From NCBI RefSeq assembly GCF_009914755.1, contig NC_060926.1: a DNA stretch of 64,000 nucleotides. One strand, 5' to 3'. Positions 1 to 13,475 of this stretch are shown here, in pieces. Numbering within the stretch: the first letter of the stretch is position 1; every line of letters begins with the position of its first letter. The DNA comes from the human T2T-CHM13v2.0 reference genome, Homo sapiens. A model generated the notes under the pieces. The model was not told the origin of the DNA, made no database searches, and was given only the letters and a program-made list of their open reading frames with translations. The translations under genes were made by a program, and so were the position numbers.

Positions 1-689
1 AAGAGGACCACTTGATCCCCTTGTGCTTCTACTGTGGGTTTTCTTTTTCTTCTTCAAAGCCTGCTATACACAGTTACGTTTAAAAAGTGAAGTTAATCGA
101 TAGTTTGCACTATCTGTAGAATTCTGGAAAGGCGATAGCCTGGCTCAGCGCTTTTCTATGAAAATGAAGCAGTCGAGGCCCGGGGCAGCCAAGCGACTTG
201 GCCAGGGCTATGAGTCTGCCTCACAGCAAGGCCAGGAGTGGGCCCCTCGCAGCCCAGGTTTGGAGGCTGGAGCCCAGTTCCATCAAGGCCCTTCTCCAAA
301 GCACGGAACAGGTGGACCGCACCCAGGCGCTCCAGAGCACTTATGTCTCAGTAACGTTTGTTTGTCCAAAGCAGCATACGATCCAGCCCCGCTGCCCACC
401 CTTACCTGGGAAACGGGGCTCCTCTCATAGACCCACAGTGCTCCCCCTAGCCTGTTCATACGTGCCCTCACATCTGAGCTGCTCCTGACCCTGAGAGCCG
501 AAGTGAGCTGAGACTCACCCCTCTGGAGCTTTTTAGGGAGGATAGAGGTGCGTGCATACCTTGTTGAGAAAGTGCCACACCGGATCCTGCATGTGTCCCT
601 AGCCATAACAGCGAACTGGTATGGGGATGACAACACAATGGCAGCCATCACCTGGGCTCCTGCTGCGTGTCAACACCCCGCTGAGTGCC

Positions 690-830
690 ATCCTCAGTTA
701 CTGGGCCCTCATAACAGCCCCACGGGTACCAGGGGTTTCCTTGTGTTACAGATGAAGACATGTAGATGCAGAGAGATGTTACAGAAAGTGCCAAAGCCAA
801 GCACGAGGAGGCAGAGAGGCTGGGCTCCAG
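690..830 (-). mobile_element. MIR SINE fragment
   Basis: ctcataacagcccc...gttacagatgaagacatgtagatgcagagag resembles the antisense MIR core. Confidence 0.45.
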
Positions 831-1800
831 AGTGTTCTGAGAAGCTGGCACAAGTACGGTTCGGCTGTGTCTTTGCCAACCACGTGCCACCTGCGTGTTC
901 CCCCGTGAATGTGCTGTCTCTTTTTGTGTATTCGTCACATTTCACTTTCCTGAGCAGGTGTGGTCCTGCAGAACAGCAGGCGTGCTGAACTTTTGCCAGT
1001 GGATTGACACTTTAAGCAGTGCTCCAGAATGCCGTGTCTCATCCTTGCCGCGTCTTGTACACTCTTTTGCATATTCAAAAACGCTTGGGCTCATGGATCT
1101 GGTATATGTGTTGAGAGGTACTAAATATGTATTTTTAATTAAAAATTATAATGAAAAAAATTTTTAATTCTCTTCATTGGCATCTGTGTTCCCATTTGAC
1201 TTTCATTCACATTTGTGAGAAAATTCTATACTTTTAGACCATTTTTTTTTCAGGTTTAAATATTCTATCATTTTGTTTGCCTGCCTGCTCACAAAGGAAT
1301 GGGCTTTCTTATGACTGGAGTGGAAAGTCAGGTTCAGAGCCCTGGACACAAGGACCCATGTGGTGGTCGGGAGGGTGGGTCCTTTGCCCCAACACCTCCC
1401 TTTCAGAGCTGGTTCCTGGCGTGCCCACCCACTGGCAAAGGGACTACCTGCGCATAGAGATGTTGGAAGACACTCGGCCCCACCTGTATGGGCTGAAGTC
1501 CATCAGTGAGACCACAGTGCCACGGGGCCAAGCAGGGGCCCTACAGGTGCTCCTCCTACCCTCCCCTTCAGAGAGCAGCCAGCTGGAGGCTGAGGAGGCA
1601 GGGGGCCAGCAGCCCTAACCCCCACCCAGGCAGGGTGGCTGCTTGGGGTTTCCCTCAGGGATGGCAACTCCCTTCTGTGGCATGAGGCTTCTTCCTCCCT
1701 GCCATCCTGTGGCAGTCCCTTCCTGAACTTGGGGATTTTGAATGGCGCACAGTAGAATGTTTCATTATGGGGTATGCATGCCTAGAAATAAGAAAAGTCA

Positions 1801-2099
1801 GGCCAGGCACAGTGGCTCACACCTGTAATTCCCAGCACAGTGGGAGGCCGAGGTGGGCAGATCACTTGAGGTCAAGAGCTCGAGACCAGCCTGGCCAACA
1901 TGGTTAAACCCCGTCTCTACTAAAAATATAAAAATTAGCCAGGGTGGTGGCACATACCTGCAATCTCAGCTACTTGGGAGACGGAGGCACAAGAATCGCT
2001 TGAACCTGGGAGGCGGAGGTTGCAGCCAAGATCGCGCCACCTCACTCCAGCCTGGGTGACACAGTGAGACCCTGTCTCAAAAAAGAAAGAAAGAATAAA
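1801..2099 (+). mobile_element. AluS
   Basis: ggccaggcacagtggctcac start, dimeric body, A-rich tail. Confidence 0.95.
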
Positions 2100-2663
2100 G
2101 GTAAATATCCTGGAGTTATTCCAGTCTGGGGAAATTCAGGGTGGTTCAGGAAATAATGTACCACAGAGCCACCAGACACAGCCAGTAACAGCGGTGCTTT
2201 CACCCTAGGAGCAACATCACTGACATACGGGTGTGTGAGTGCCCAGCACATCGTAGGATCTTGGTGGAAGGGAAGGAGGAAGAAATAGCTGCAGAGCAGG
2301 GTCAGCGTGTTGTGTGCTTGGGAGGTCTGCTCATCGTGATCCTGGCCTCCTACTTTCGCTCACACCCCTGGCAGTGGAGGTGCCTGTCACTGCAGACACA
2401 GGCCTGGAGGGTCGATGAGTGCGTGTGAAATCGGGGTGATGAGACAGCGAGTGAGGTTTATTAATTGCAGATGTGTATTGAATGCCTGCTCCATGCCCAG
2501 ATCTGAGGCCACGATGGTGACTTTGTTTGTCCTTCCCAAGGAGATAAATACAGAGAGATGAGGAGGATGGTGAGCTGAGCACCAGTGAGCGCTCCCACAG
2601 CCTGCGGGAGACAGGCCTTTAGACAGGCAAGGTGCTGTCAGGCGCTGCGCCACGTTATTGTAG

Positions 2664-3146
<483 letters not shown>

Positions 3147-6100
3147 TAGAGGTAAAAAGTTTCCTGGGTCAACTTCCTAAGGTCAATTAGGACCTTAGAG
3201 AGCGGGGAGGAAACTACATGACACCTGACAACAACAGGAACCTGAAGGGACAGTTTTGGAGATGGGCTGAGATTTCGTGCAAGGGAAATTGGTGCCCAAA
3301 AGGGACATGGAAGACTGGGGAAGCTGTCAAGAATACATTTACTGCTTTTTCTCCATGGTGGTCAGGAATTTAGAATTTCTTCTTCCTTAAACGTACGCAG
3401 TTCTTAATGGTGAGATTATTTTCTGCCAGCAGGACACTTAGAAGAGAAAGGTCAGTTGACGAATATTTTTGCTTTGCTCGACACGTTTCTGCCAGCCTCA
3501 GCTGGAGAGCTCTATGCTCCTGCCCTGCCCAGATCCCTCTCTGCAGCTACGGGATCAGCTGAAGGTGCCTGCTGCTGCTTGCACGCTGTCACCCGCTACC
3601 TTCCCCCCGCCACCAGGCCTGCCCTGTGCCCTTGCTGTTCACAGTGTGGCCCTAACACCTCCTTCACATCACTGAATGGCTCTGAGTCCTTCTGCTCACA
3701 GCCGTGGTGTAGCCTGTCTTCCTTGCCACGGGTACTTCCTGTCCTCACCTGAGCGCCTCCGTGTCCTGCGGGACCGAAAGAGACATGCTCAGGGAGGTCC
3801 TCCCTGACCTCCTCCTCTTTATTGCGATTGTCACCGTTGGTCATCTGCAACTTGGGTTTGTGTAAGTGATTCTCTATTTCACTAGTCTGTGAGGTTTAGG
3901 AGGCTGGGTAGGTTCTTCACACTTTCCCTCAGGCTGAGCATTAAACAACAAATGAGCAAAGAACCCTTCTTGAGAACTCTGAAGAAATGAAGAAAGAGGT
4001 ACAGCCAGAGGTGGCATTTGTAGGTATTCTAGTGTAAATTCATGGCAGAGCCAAGGGACAGCATTTCAGGAAGGAATGGAGAGCATCGTGATCTGTTAGT
4101 TGACTGAAAGTTTTTGCACCTTAAATGCCATTTGTTGCTAGGGAGGAGTCAGAAATGATTCGGAGAAATCTCTGAAAAAGTAACTGAGTCCCCTTTCTCC
4201 TTCATCCGGGGACACCTCTGTTGAGCAGTGAGTACATTCTGATGCCCTTCCCGGAAGTGGACATTAGCAGCGCCTGTCCTCTGCCTGTCTTGGCAGGTGT
4301 GCTGTGACCCTGGTTGGGGCCAGACCAGTGGCATCTGGTGCCCTCACCCGGCTGCCAGGAAAGGTCACTGTCCTTCCATATCCCACACCCCCAGTTCCAT
4401 GATCCTTGGCCAGCAGTCAGTGTCATGTCTGAGCCTCCATATGACAAAAGGAATGGGTGTCAGCTGAAGCAGCTAGCTGATGGCATTTGTGCGTGAGTCT
4501 CTTCCAACTTAAATTTGACCTTGTCTGAAATCGATTTGTACCCAAAAGTCTGTCCCACTCTCATGAGCCACTCTCAGGATGTTCTCTGACCACTGTGCCT
4601 AAGATACTGGCCCCAGTGAATTCATGTGGGCCCACCCTAAGTCAACTCTGAGAGCCCCCAGAAAATCGAGGTTACATCATGTTGGTCTGTGAGGCCTAAT
4701 GGATGTGGCCTCCCAGCATCACAGGTTTCTCATTATTACTCCTGCAGTAAATATTTTAAGCCCAGATTCTCCAGGCTTAGGAAACATGCACGCCACCCAG
4801 CTATGAATTATGTCTGCTGATCCACCGCCACCACCACCCTCACTCCCACACCCAAAACCCTTGGTCACTGTGTTCTTTTCAGCTCACCCATATTTACCAC
4901 GTTTTCAGATGGGAATCAACAGTTTGGCTCGTTTAAGGGGATGGTTGGGGAGAGGAACAGTGAGGCTGGGGGAAGGGTGGTTTTATTTTTTGGGGGCTCT
5001 TAATTGAAGAGACTGAAAGTCAACTCAAAAGTAACTGAAGGGGAAAAAAAGAAAACGAAAAGTTGGCTCAGATGATTGGGAAGTACGATTGGATCCAGGG
5101 GTGCAACTCTTGGTTGGGGCCTGTCTCTCTGAGCCTCTCCCTGCTCACCTCTGCCCTTCACTCCTTACATGAACCTCTGCAGCGTGGGCAGATGCTGCTG
5201 CAACCCTGGCCATGTCCTCCTAGGGACGGTATTTCCCCCATGACTGTAGCAAGGGTCCCGGGAGTGCCCTGACCACACAGATATGAGTCATGGGCCTTCC
5301 CCCATGGCCAGCAAAGGCGGGGGAAGGCTCGGGGTGAGATGGGGCCCTTCACAGAGAGGAATTTTGTTTGACTAAGAGAAGGGACAAAGGGTTCTGAACA
5401 GATTAAGACAATAGAACCATGACATTAATCTCATGTGGCCGCCCTTTCAAAAAATCCTTAAGTTGAGTGAATTTGAGTTTTTTCCCTTTACCTATTGAAA
5501 TATTATGATGATAAATTTGTGCCCTTCGTACTCTGAATAGTGGAAGCTAATCTTAGCAGCATAACTAAAAAAGTAGATGCAAATTAAATGAATATACAGC
5601 AACACAAAAACTTGTAGAAGCTGAGCTGAACGTTAGTTATATTCTGACTCTTATATGGAAATGTACTTTGGTCACTTTATACCATAATCAGATCTTATCT
5701 CCATAGTATTTAATAAAAGCTTTTTGTAATATTTAGCTGACTTTAATAATAGGTTCTGACTCTAGTGGGGGAAACCCCCACAGATCAATAATCTCGATTC
5801 TTAGCAAAAATAGCATTTTCAATAAAAGGAAGTTTTCTGATTAAATTTGGTTTATGTTACACATCTGATCAGTAGCAAAAATTAAATGATTTTGCCATAG
5901 AGCCCCCAAAACTTGAGCACACCGCGTCTAAACGAATTGGCTTGAATATGTTTCCAAAGTACCAAGTTTGTTTGACGCTTCAGCTTAAATCTCCCGAACT
6001 CCAGCTGGAAGATGACAGGCAGAGCATGTTTTAAAGTCATCTGTTACAACATCTCTTCATCTGAAAGGGGATATAAAAGATTTTGACTTTAAATTTACTG

Positions 6101-6772
6101 ACATTAATAATGTATGACATATTCAGGCTTTTATTAGGACCCAATCTTTAATGTCTGTAATTTTATTCAGGAAAGTTAAAATGTGCTTATTATCAATAAA
6201 AATAAAACTTGTGATCAGAGATCCAGTAGCTTGATGCTGCAAAATCACCACCAAAGCAGAAACTATAGTTTACCTTTAAATCCAAGTCAGCTATTTGCCA
6301 CTTAAAATTATACTTTCTGTCTGCTCACTGAGTGACAAATGTTATTACCTGCAGTACACATGTTATTTTATTATTATGAAATGCAGATAAAGTCATGGCA
6401 CAGTTGGTGGCTGGTCTTTAATGTGGCACCTGTGGTGGTAGCTTGGTTAAGGAGTTTGTTCACACTCCTTGCTGTCCATCTTGGGCAGCTCTATGCTCAG
6501 GAGCTCTGTGTCCTTGCCCTCCAACCTGGCTGCTGACTGGCCTGGGAGACCTCAGGCAAATGCTCAGCCTCTCCAAGCCTCTGTCACTCGTCTCATCTGT
6601 GGAGCACACTGTCAAGCACCCAGGGCCCCTGTGTAGAGCAAACAGAACATTGCAGCTGCTGGAGGTGCTGGCGGTACGGGGTCTCCTGCCCCGCCCAGTC
6701 CCCTGGGCTGTACACACATGGAATCCTGGGACTCATTTCCCACAGCAGCAGCCTGAGAACAACTGGCCAAGC

Positions 6773-7148
6773 TGCTGCAGACTGAACTGCAACTGGCCAA
6801 GCTGCCTCAGATCGTGTTCCCCCCATTCATATGTTGAAATCCTAACCCGTAATATGATGGTATTGGGAGGTGATTATGTCATGAGACTGATGCCCTCATG
6901 AATGGGATTCGTGCCCTTATAAAAGAGACCTCAGAGAGCACCCTTGCTGCTTCTGCCATGTGAGGACACAGCAAGGAGGCACCATCTGTGAACTAGGAAA
7001 TGGGCCCTCACCAGACACCGAATCTCCTGGGGCCTTGACATGGGGCTTCCAGCCTCCAGAATGGTGAGCAATAAATGTCTGTAATTTTACTTTATAAGTC
7101 AGTTGGTTTACAGTATTTTGTTATAGGCGCCTGAACCAATTAAGATAC
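6773..7148 (+). mobile_element. MaLR solo LTR (MLT1A-like)
   Basis: attcatatgttgaaatcctaacc, gcccttataaaagagac, cttccagcctccagaa...aataaa, tattttgttatag. Confidence 0.8.
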
Positions 7149-9119
7149 CATCAGATCTCTAAGGTTTCTTCTAGAACTTAAACACCGTAATTTTATGATG
7201 ATAGATTTAAAGTGCTTGAGATGCTTTTCAGTGTAAGAGTTAAAATCCTGCTCACTGCTGAGCATGTCTATGAAACAGCATCTTGCTTTTTTTTTAGTTA
7301 CTTTCATTCTTTCATTCTTTTTCATGCAAAGATATAGCAGTTTATACATTATTGAACAAGCTGTAGATAAAGTCATTACTTTGTGAGAAAATGCTGCTTC
7401 ATCTAATACACAGCATGCCAGCCATTGGAAGGGTTTTGTAACGGTCACATTCTAGATATGATCATCGCAATATGATTTATCCAAAGCATGCTGCTGTGAC
7501 ACCTCCAACCAAAATGCTCAAAACCAGGTAAATTCTGTGCAGTAGGATTTTATGATTAACTTGAGAATTGAAAGAAAAACACATCATTTCATCTCTTGTC
7601 TCAAGTCTTGCTAAAACACATGACCGCACACCATGCCTCGGTAAGGGCAGGATGGGAGGCATTGGAACTGTCTGGGTGTTCTGCATGGGTGAGGACCCAC
7701 CTACCTCACGTCTCCCTGAAGGATCCACCTGGCCTGCAGCCTGCTTTGGAGTTCACTGTTGACCCCAAGGTGAGCAGGCTCCAGGGACATGCTAGCGAAT
7801 GTGCTCTTCCAAAATGCAACATAGAAAGACTGGTGAGCAGGGGCCCTGGATGATGGGGGCTTCCAGTCTGCCATGTTCTGGTTGGCTATGGTTTCATTAT
7901 GGTAGCTAAAGACAGCCCAAATCTGAGAAGTGGGTATGAGGATTTGCCTGTCTTGTTGAGAAAATATGTTAAAATTCTATGAGAAAAGAATCATGTTACC
8001 CTGTTAAACACACATTGGACTTCAAATTGTGCTTCTGTTACAACTGGAAGCAGTAGGTGGTTTTACTTTAATGAAAGATGAGGCGATGAAGCGGAGATGT
8101 GTAGAAAAACTACACAGAGAGAATGAAAGGAAACTGGGATCTGGGTGCCGCCTCTTTACCTACAAGGTAATGAGTTTGCCTTCGAATTAGAGAGAGGCAG
8201 TCGCTTAGAGCCTGGACCACTCAGGGACTTGCCCTCGGTCTGGACGCACAGCTGCAGTGCTCCGTCTCCCAGACATGCATGAATCCCTGCTTGTTCTGCA
8301 GCAGAAACCGTCCCTTTGAGATGTCCCGGCTGCCACCTGGCGGGGTCACAGCTCCAGGTGAAGTCCAGGCAAGAGGAGAAGGACAAGGGATCGCTGAGTC
8401 CCCTAAGCCTGCCCCCATGTAAAGGCTCTCCTGACTCTAGGGTTGCAGTTTACTTAATTATCCTCACACAGAAAGGCCACCTGCACTCTTGGTGCATTTT
8501 TCTCTTCCCACTCCTCCTCCTACCACTGAGACACCTTGCCCAGGCACCCTTCCCCTCCCTCCCCCTGGCCACAGCTTTCTTGCTCTGGTATCCTTAGCAG
8601 TCAGGAGGGCGGCACACATTAAATCTTCATATGCCAGCATTCAGGATCTCCCATCCCTTCTGTTCTAGATGACCCTGGCTCTGGCCATTGGGCAGGATCA
8701 GGGTGCAGGGAGGAGAAGGGACCTGCTTTCTCAGCAACCCAGCAACTTGGTCCCATTGACGTCTTTCCCACACAGTACCCCTCCAGCCTGCTGAGACCTA
8801 TTAACTGCTGTTCTGGGGCCCTGGCCTGTCACTGGTATTACACTTCTTATCCAAAATCTTCATTATCTGAACCTCAGCCCCTCTTCCATCTGGAGACACA
8901 GGGGCCTCTTCATTCTGTAGAGAAAGAGAAAAGGTTTCTCTCTGCTTGGGCATGCAAGCAGGCAGGGAGGGAGTGGAGTAGATTCTTGGCACCCCAATTC
9001 AGAGTCCTAGTTTCATTTCCTATAGAAATCATATTACAGATGATAATGCTTTCCATAAAAACCATTCTGGACACCAGCCGCTATCAGAACTATGCTCCTT
9101 CACTATTATGGATTGAATG

Positions 9120-9275
9120 GGAATTTACTGGGAGTACAGTCTGTGCCACATCACTGGTGGGTATGTTGGGCCAATTCCTTTACCTCCTGTAGCCTCAGTT
9201 TCCTTATTTCCACAGATTAAGAAGTTGCCCACTTTGTCACAGGACTGTTGTGAGGGTTTAGATAACATAGTAAAG
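9120..9275 (+). mobile_element. MIR SINE fragment
   Basis: ttgggccaattcctttacctcctgtagcctcagtttcctt...gactgttgtgaggg. Confidence 0.55.
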
Positions 9276-9583
9276 TCAGGTCCCTCTCCATCTCCAGACA
9301 CCTGCCTCTTGAATTTCACTGCACCAGCAGCTACATACAACATTGCTCCCATGGAAGAGTGTTTGCTTCCCAGGTGTCAAAGTCTGGCAGGCAGGCTTTC
9401 TATTTTGATGGCCATCCAACACTGGTAGGATCATGGCCAAGTGTTTTTAAAGAGGACTTTGGCCCTCTTTTGGTAAAGTATTGTTCAGAGCAACAAGAAA
9501 GCCACAGCTTAGTTAATAAGGGTAATCATTGTTATCCACAGAGCACTTCCTGTGCTTTATAGCATCAGCTGAACGCTGGTGCC

Positions 9584-9990
9584 TGTCATGGGCCAGATTG
9601 CATCTTCCTGAAATTCATACGAAGTCCCAATCCCCAGGACCTCAGAATGGGACTGTGTTTGGAGACAAAGCCTTTACAGGGGTGATTAAGTTAAAATGAA
9701 GTCACTGGGGTGGGCCCTCATCCAGTCTAACTGGTGTTCTTATAAGAAAAGGAGATTGGAACACAAAGAAAAGGAGATTGGAACACAGACACACTCAGAG
9801 GGAAGACCATGTGAAGACACACAGGAAGAAGACAGCATCTGCAGGTCCAGGAGAGAGGCCTTGCAAGGAACCAACCCTGCCCACACCTTGATTTGGACTT
9901 CCAGCCTCCAGAATTGTGAGGAAATAAATGTCTGTTGTTTAAGCCACCCAGTCTATGGTACTTATCATGGTTCCCTGAGCAGACTAGTAT
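9584..9990 (+). mobile_element. MaLR solo LTR (MLT1B-like)
   Basis: acctcagaatgggactgtgtttggagac, gattaagttaaaatga, ttccagcctccagaattgtgaggaaataaatgtctgttgtttaagccacccagtc. Confidence 0.85.
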
Positions 9991-10184
9991 GTTCACATTT
10001 GGGGGGTAAGAAAACCAGTACACAGAGAGACATTTATTAAGTAATTTGACTAAGAGCATGCAGCTCTCTGTCAGTCTGCACTGACCCTCTGAGTTGCGCC
10101 AAAGACTATTTAGATCACATTCAAGCAAAACAGGTAAAATTTCCGCTGCATGCTTGCTATGTGCAATGTTCCAGTCTTGATGGA

Positions 10185-10290
10185 GAAGTATAAGCTCTAT
10201 GCAGGCAGAAAGCATGCCTGTCTGCTCATTTCACCCCTCACCAAAGTCTAGTTTGCTGCCTGGTATGTCTCAGGAACTCAGTGGCTGTAT
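10185..10290 (+). mobile_element. L2 3' end fragment
   Basis: taagctctatgcaggcag...gcctggtatgtctcaggaactcag. Confidence 0.45.
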
Positions 10291-12104
10291 TAATTAGATT
10301 ACTGTATTTTGTTTTTGAAAGAAGTCACTAAAGTAGAATATTCGTCTATCAGTTATAAAGTGTCTTTATAACGTATTGTGATGGCCACTATCAAATGTCT
10401 TTTTTGCTGATCTTTTCACCTTTATCTTCATGGCCTGATGAATATTCCGAAACCTGCTCTTCCACAGGCGTTTTTTCTCAAGTAGCTTTTGTAATTCACA
10501 TGTTTGCAAAGGTCTATTAAAAGTTTATTGTTCAATGTTATTTCTTGACATCATTGTTGCCAATAAAAGTTGGCCTCAGCGTAGCCCTCACGCCCCGGCT
10601 TGCTAGCTGTTTTGATAAGGCCGTGAGGCCTTCCTGGTTGAGCTTCGGGCACCACTGCCTTCTGGACAAAAAAGTTTGCTTTCATGGATGGCCTGCCTTC
10701 TGGATTGTGGAGCTGTGGCGGTATCATGGTGCTTTCATTGTGTAGTTGAACCATCCTGCATTTGAAATCCTATGAAAGGATGAGTTCTCAGATTTAGAGG
10801 TTTGTGTTTTTATATAAGTTAACACAAAGTAGAAATCTAAGCGTTTCACCTGTTCTAATATTCTGGCTTACTCTTGTGTTTCCCATGCACATGCATAAAA
10901 TGTGGTACAAAGAGAAACGGCAGAGGCCATTAGCATAAATGAATCAGTGTATTTGCTCTGAAACGTACGTGGCCTCACATGCCTCCTGGCGCCGCGTGGG
11001 CACATGTCCCAGGGTAGTGGCAGTGGGAGGGGGGCAGCAGCCCAGCTCTCCACCATTGAGGACAATCAGCCTTTTTACCCTCTTCACCTCCTGCCCACTC
11101 AGCAAGGCCATAGAAGCACAAGTAATTCTTAGGACTGATCGCCCTTTACTCTAGTTTAAGAAAGAAAAGGAGAAAGGGGTACAAGCTACCCATGGAAGTG
11201 CTTGGAGGAAGTCATTTTGAGGAGTCTACAAATGACTAAACCTCCACACTGATTAAGGTAGAGGTCGAAGCAGAGCTGTGGTGGGAGCACTCATCTCTCA
11301 GGACAGCTGAGGAAGGGCCAGTCTGCTTGTGTGGGGTGTGTCCCCAGCTCTGGGGCTGACATGCTTTCCTCTCCTAGAATGTTCCGGAATTCCGTGCATT
11401 TTAACACAGTTAAAACATTTTTACCTTAGGGCTTTTCTAGCATTTTTCCTCATGCACAGGAAGAAATGTTTCTCAATCTGATTCGATACTCGTATCTGTG
11501 ACTGAAGAAACAGTACTTACTGTAATTGTGTTTGATGCACTGAAATTTTCTACTTTATTCCCTTAAATTCAACACATACCTATAGGCTGGTTGCAGCCCA
11601 TTAAAGTGATTTTTTATGATCCACTAGTGGGCTTTGAATCACAGTATGAAAAAATTTGCCTTCGATTGAAGGTATCAGCTAAGTTTTCCTAATGCACTCA
11701 TCACAATCTGTTGTGGGAAATTAGTCTGCTGTTTTGAAAGAAGAGAAGGATTGTAAGAAGAGAAGAAAGGTGAAGATGATGGGTTTTGCCCAGTAGGGCT
11801 GTTATGCTGCCCAGGGGTGAGGGTGGGGGCAGTGAGTGTCCCAGGAGTGGAGGAGGCAGCGGCAAGGCAGCTGGGGGCAGGGCAGGTTATACAGGCTGCG
11901 TTCCCTAAGACTGGATGGTCTTAGAGTTCTAACGGGTCTTTGAATTCATTTAGTCTGACTTCCCACCCATTCTAGGAATGAAAAAGATATTTTCTCTGCA
12001 TTTATACTTTATTTTTCTGAGAGGCGCAGGGATGCTCTAAAAATGGTTATTTCAGAAGGAAACCACCTACTCTTGTTATCTTTTGTGTCACTGGTATTCC
12101 CGCA

Positions 12105-12394
<290 letters not shown>

Positions 12395-12638
12395 CTGTGA
12401 CATGTTTTTATGGATAAAATAGATCAATTTAATTCTCAACTTTAAGTAACTTCGCAACTACAGGAGGCAGCTGCCAGCAACCGTATTTTTCTCATGGTAA
12501 TTACAGTTTGTAAGCACTGTCCATGTGTCGTCCCCTTGTATTTAACCGCCAGAGAAACTGCGTGGAAATCCCGGTAGGCTAGGGAGTGTGGTGGTGCCCA
12601 AGTGCCCTGCGCCACTGAGCCTTGCTGTGTCTCCACAG

Positions 12639-13360
12639 GCCTCGGCAAGACGCGCAGGAAGACCAGCGCGCGGGATGCGTCCCCCACGCCCAGCACGGAC
12701 GCCGAGTACCCCGCCAATGGCAGCGGCGCCGACCGCATCTACGACCTCAACATCCCGGCCTTCGTCAAGTTCGCCTATGTGGCCGAGCGGGAGGATGAGT
12801 TGTCCCTGGTGAAGGGGTCGCGCGTCACCGTCATGGAGAAGTGCAGCGACGGTTGGTGGCGGGGCAGCTACAACGGGCAGATCGGCTGGTTCCCCTCCAA
12901 CTACGTCTTGGAGGAGGTGGACGAGGCGGCTGCGGAGTCCCCAAGCTTCCTGAGCCTGCGCAAGGGCGCCTCGCTGAGCAATGGCCAGGGCTCCCGCGTG
13001 CTGCATGTGGTCCAGACGCTGTACCCCTTCAGCTCAGTCACCGAGGAGGAGCTCAACTTCGAGAAGGGGGAGACCATGGAGGTGATTGAGAAGCCGGAGA
13101 ACGACCCCGAGTGGTGGAAATGCAAAAATGCCCGGGGCCAGGTGGGCCTCGTCCCCAAAAACTACGTGGTGGTCCTCAGTGACGGGCCTGCCCTGCACCC
13201 TGCGCACGCCCCACAGATAAGCTACACCGGGCCCTCGTCCAGCGGGCGCTTCGCGGGCAGAGAGTGGTACTACGGGAACGTGACGCGGCACCAGGCCGAG
13301 TGCGCCCTCAACGAGCGGGGCGTGGAGGGCGACTTCCTCATTAGGGACAGCGAGTCCTCG
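12639..13360 (+). CDS. NCK2: NCK2 internal coding exon (722 bp): linker, SH3-2, SH3-3, N-terminal part of SH2
   Basis: Acceptor ctccacAG at 12637-38 and donor GTAAGT at 13361. Translation GLGKTRRK...[20 protein letters not shown]...GWWRG...GWFPSNYV (SH3), [18 protein letters not shown]...EWWKC...GLVPKNYV (SH3), WYYGNVTR...[11 protein letters not shown] (SH2 FLVR-type motif). Matches NCK2 as recalled. Phase 1 in, phase 0 out. Confidence 0.98.
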
Positions 13361-13475
13361 GTAAGTGCGCTGCGCCCACAGCTCCGGCTGCAGGCAGTAA
13401 ATGCGCCTTGCGCGGTGGGTCTGTGTGCCGCGCCCTTTTCACATTGTGTGAGTACACTAGAAAGAGCGGGAGACG
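12640..13475. other. Intragenic CpG-rich region over the exon and first ~110 bp of the intron
   Basis: Visibly high CpG and GC density compared with the CpG-depleted flanks. Confidence 0.7.

Noticed and set aside
12542-13291. Antisense and alternate-frame ORFs over the NCK2 exon
   Set aside because: Expected shadow ORFs of GC3-rich coding sequence, with no recognisable domains.
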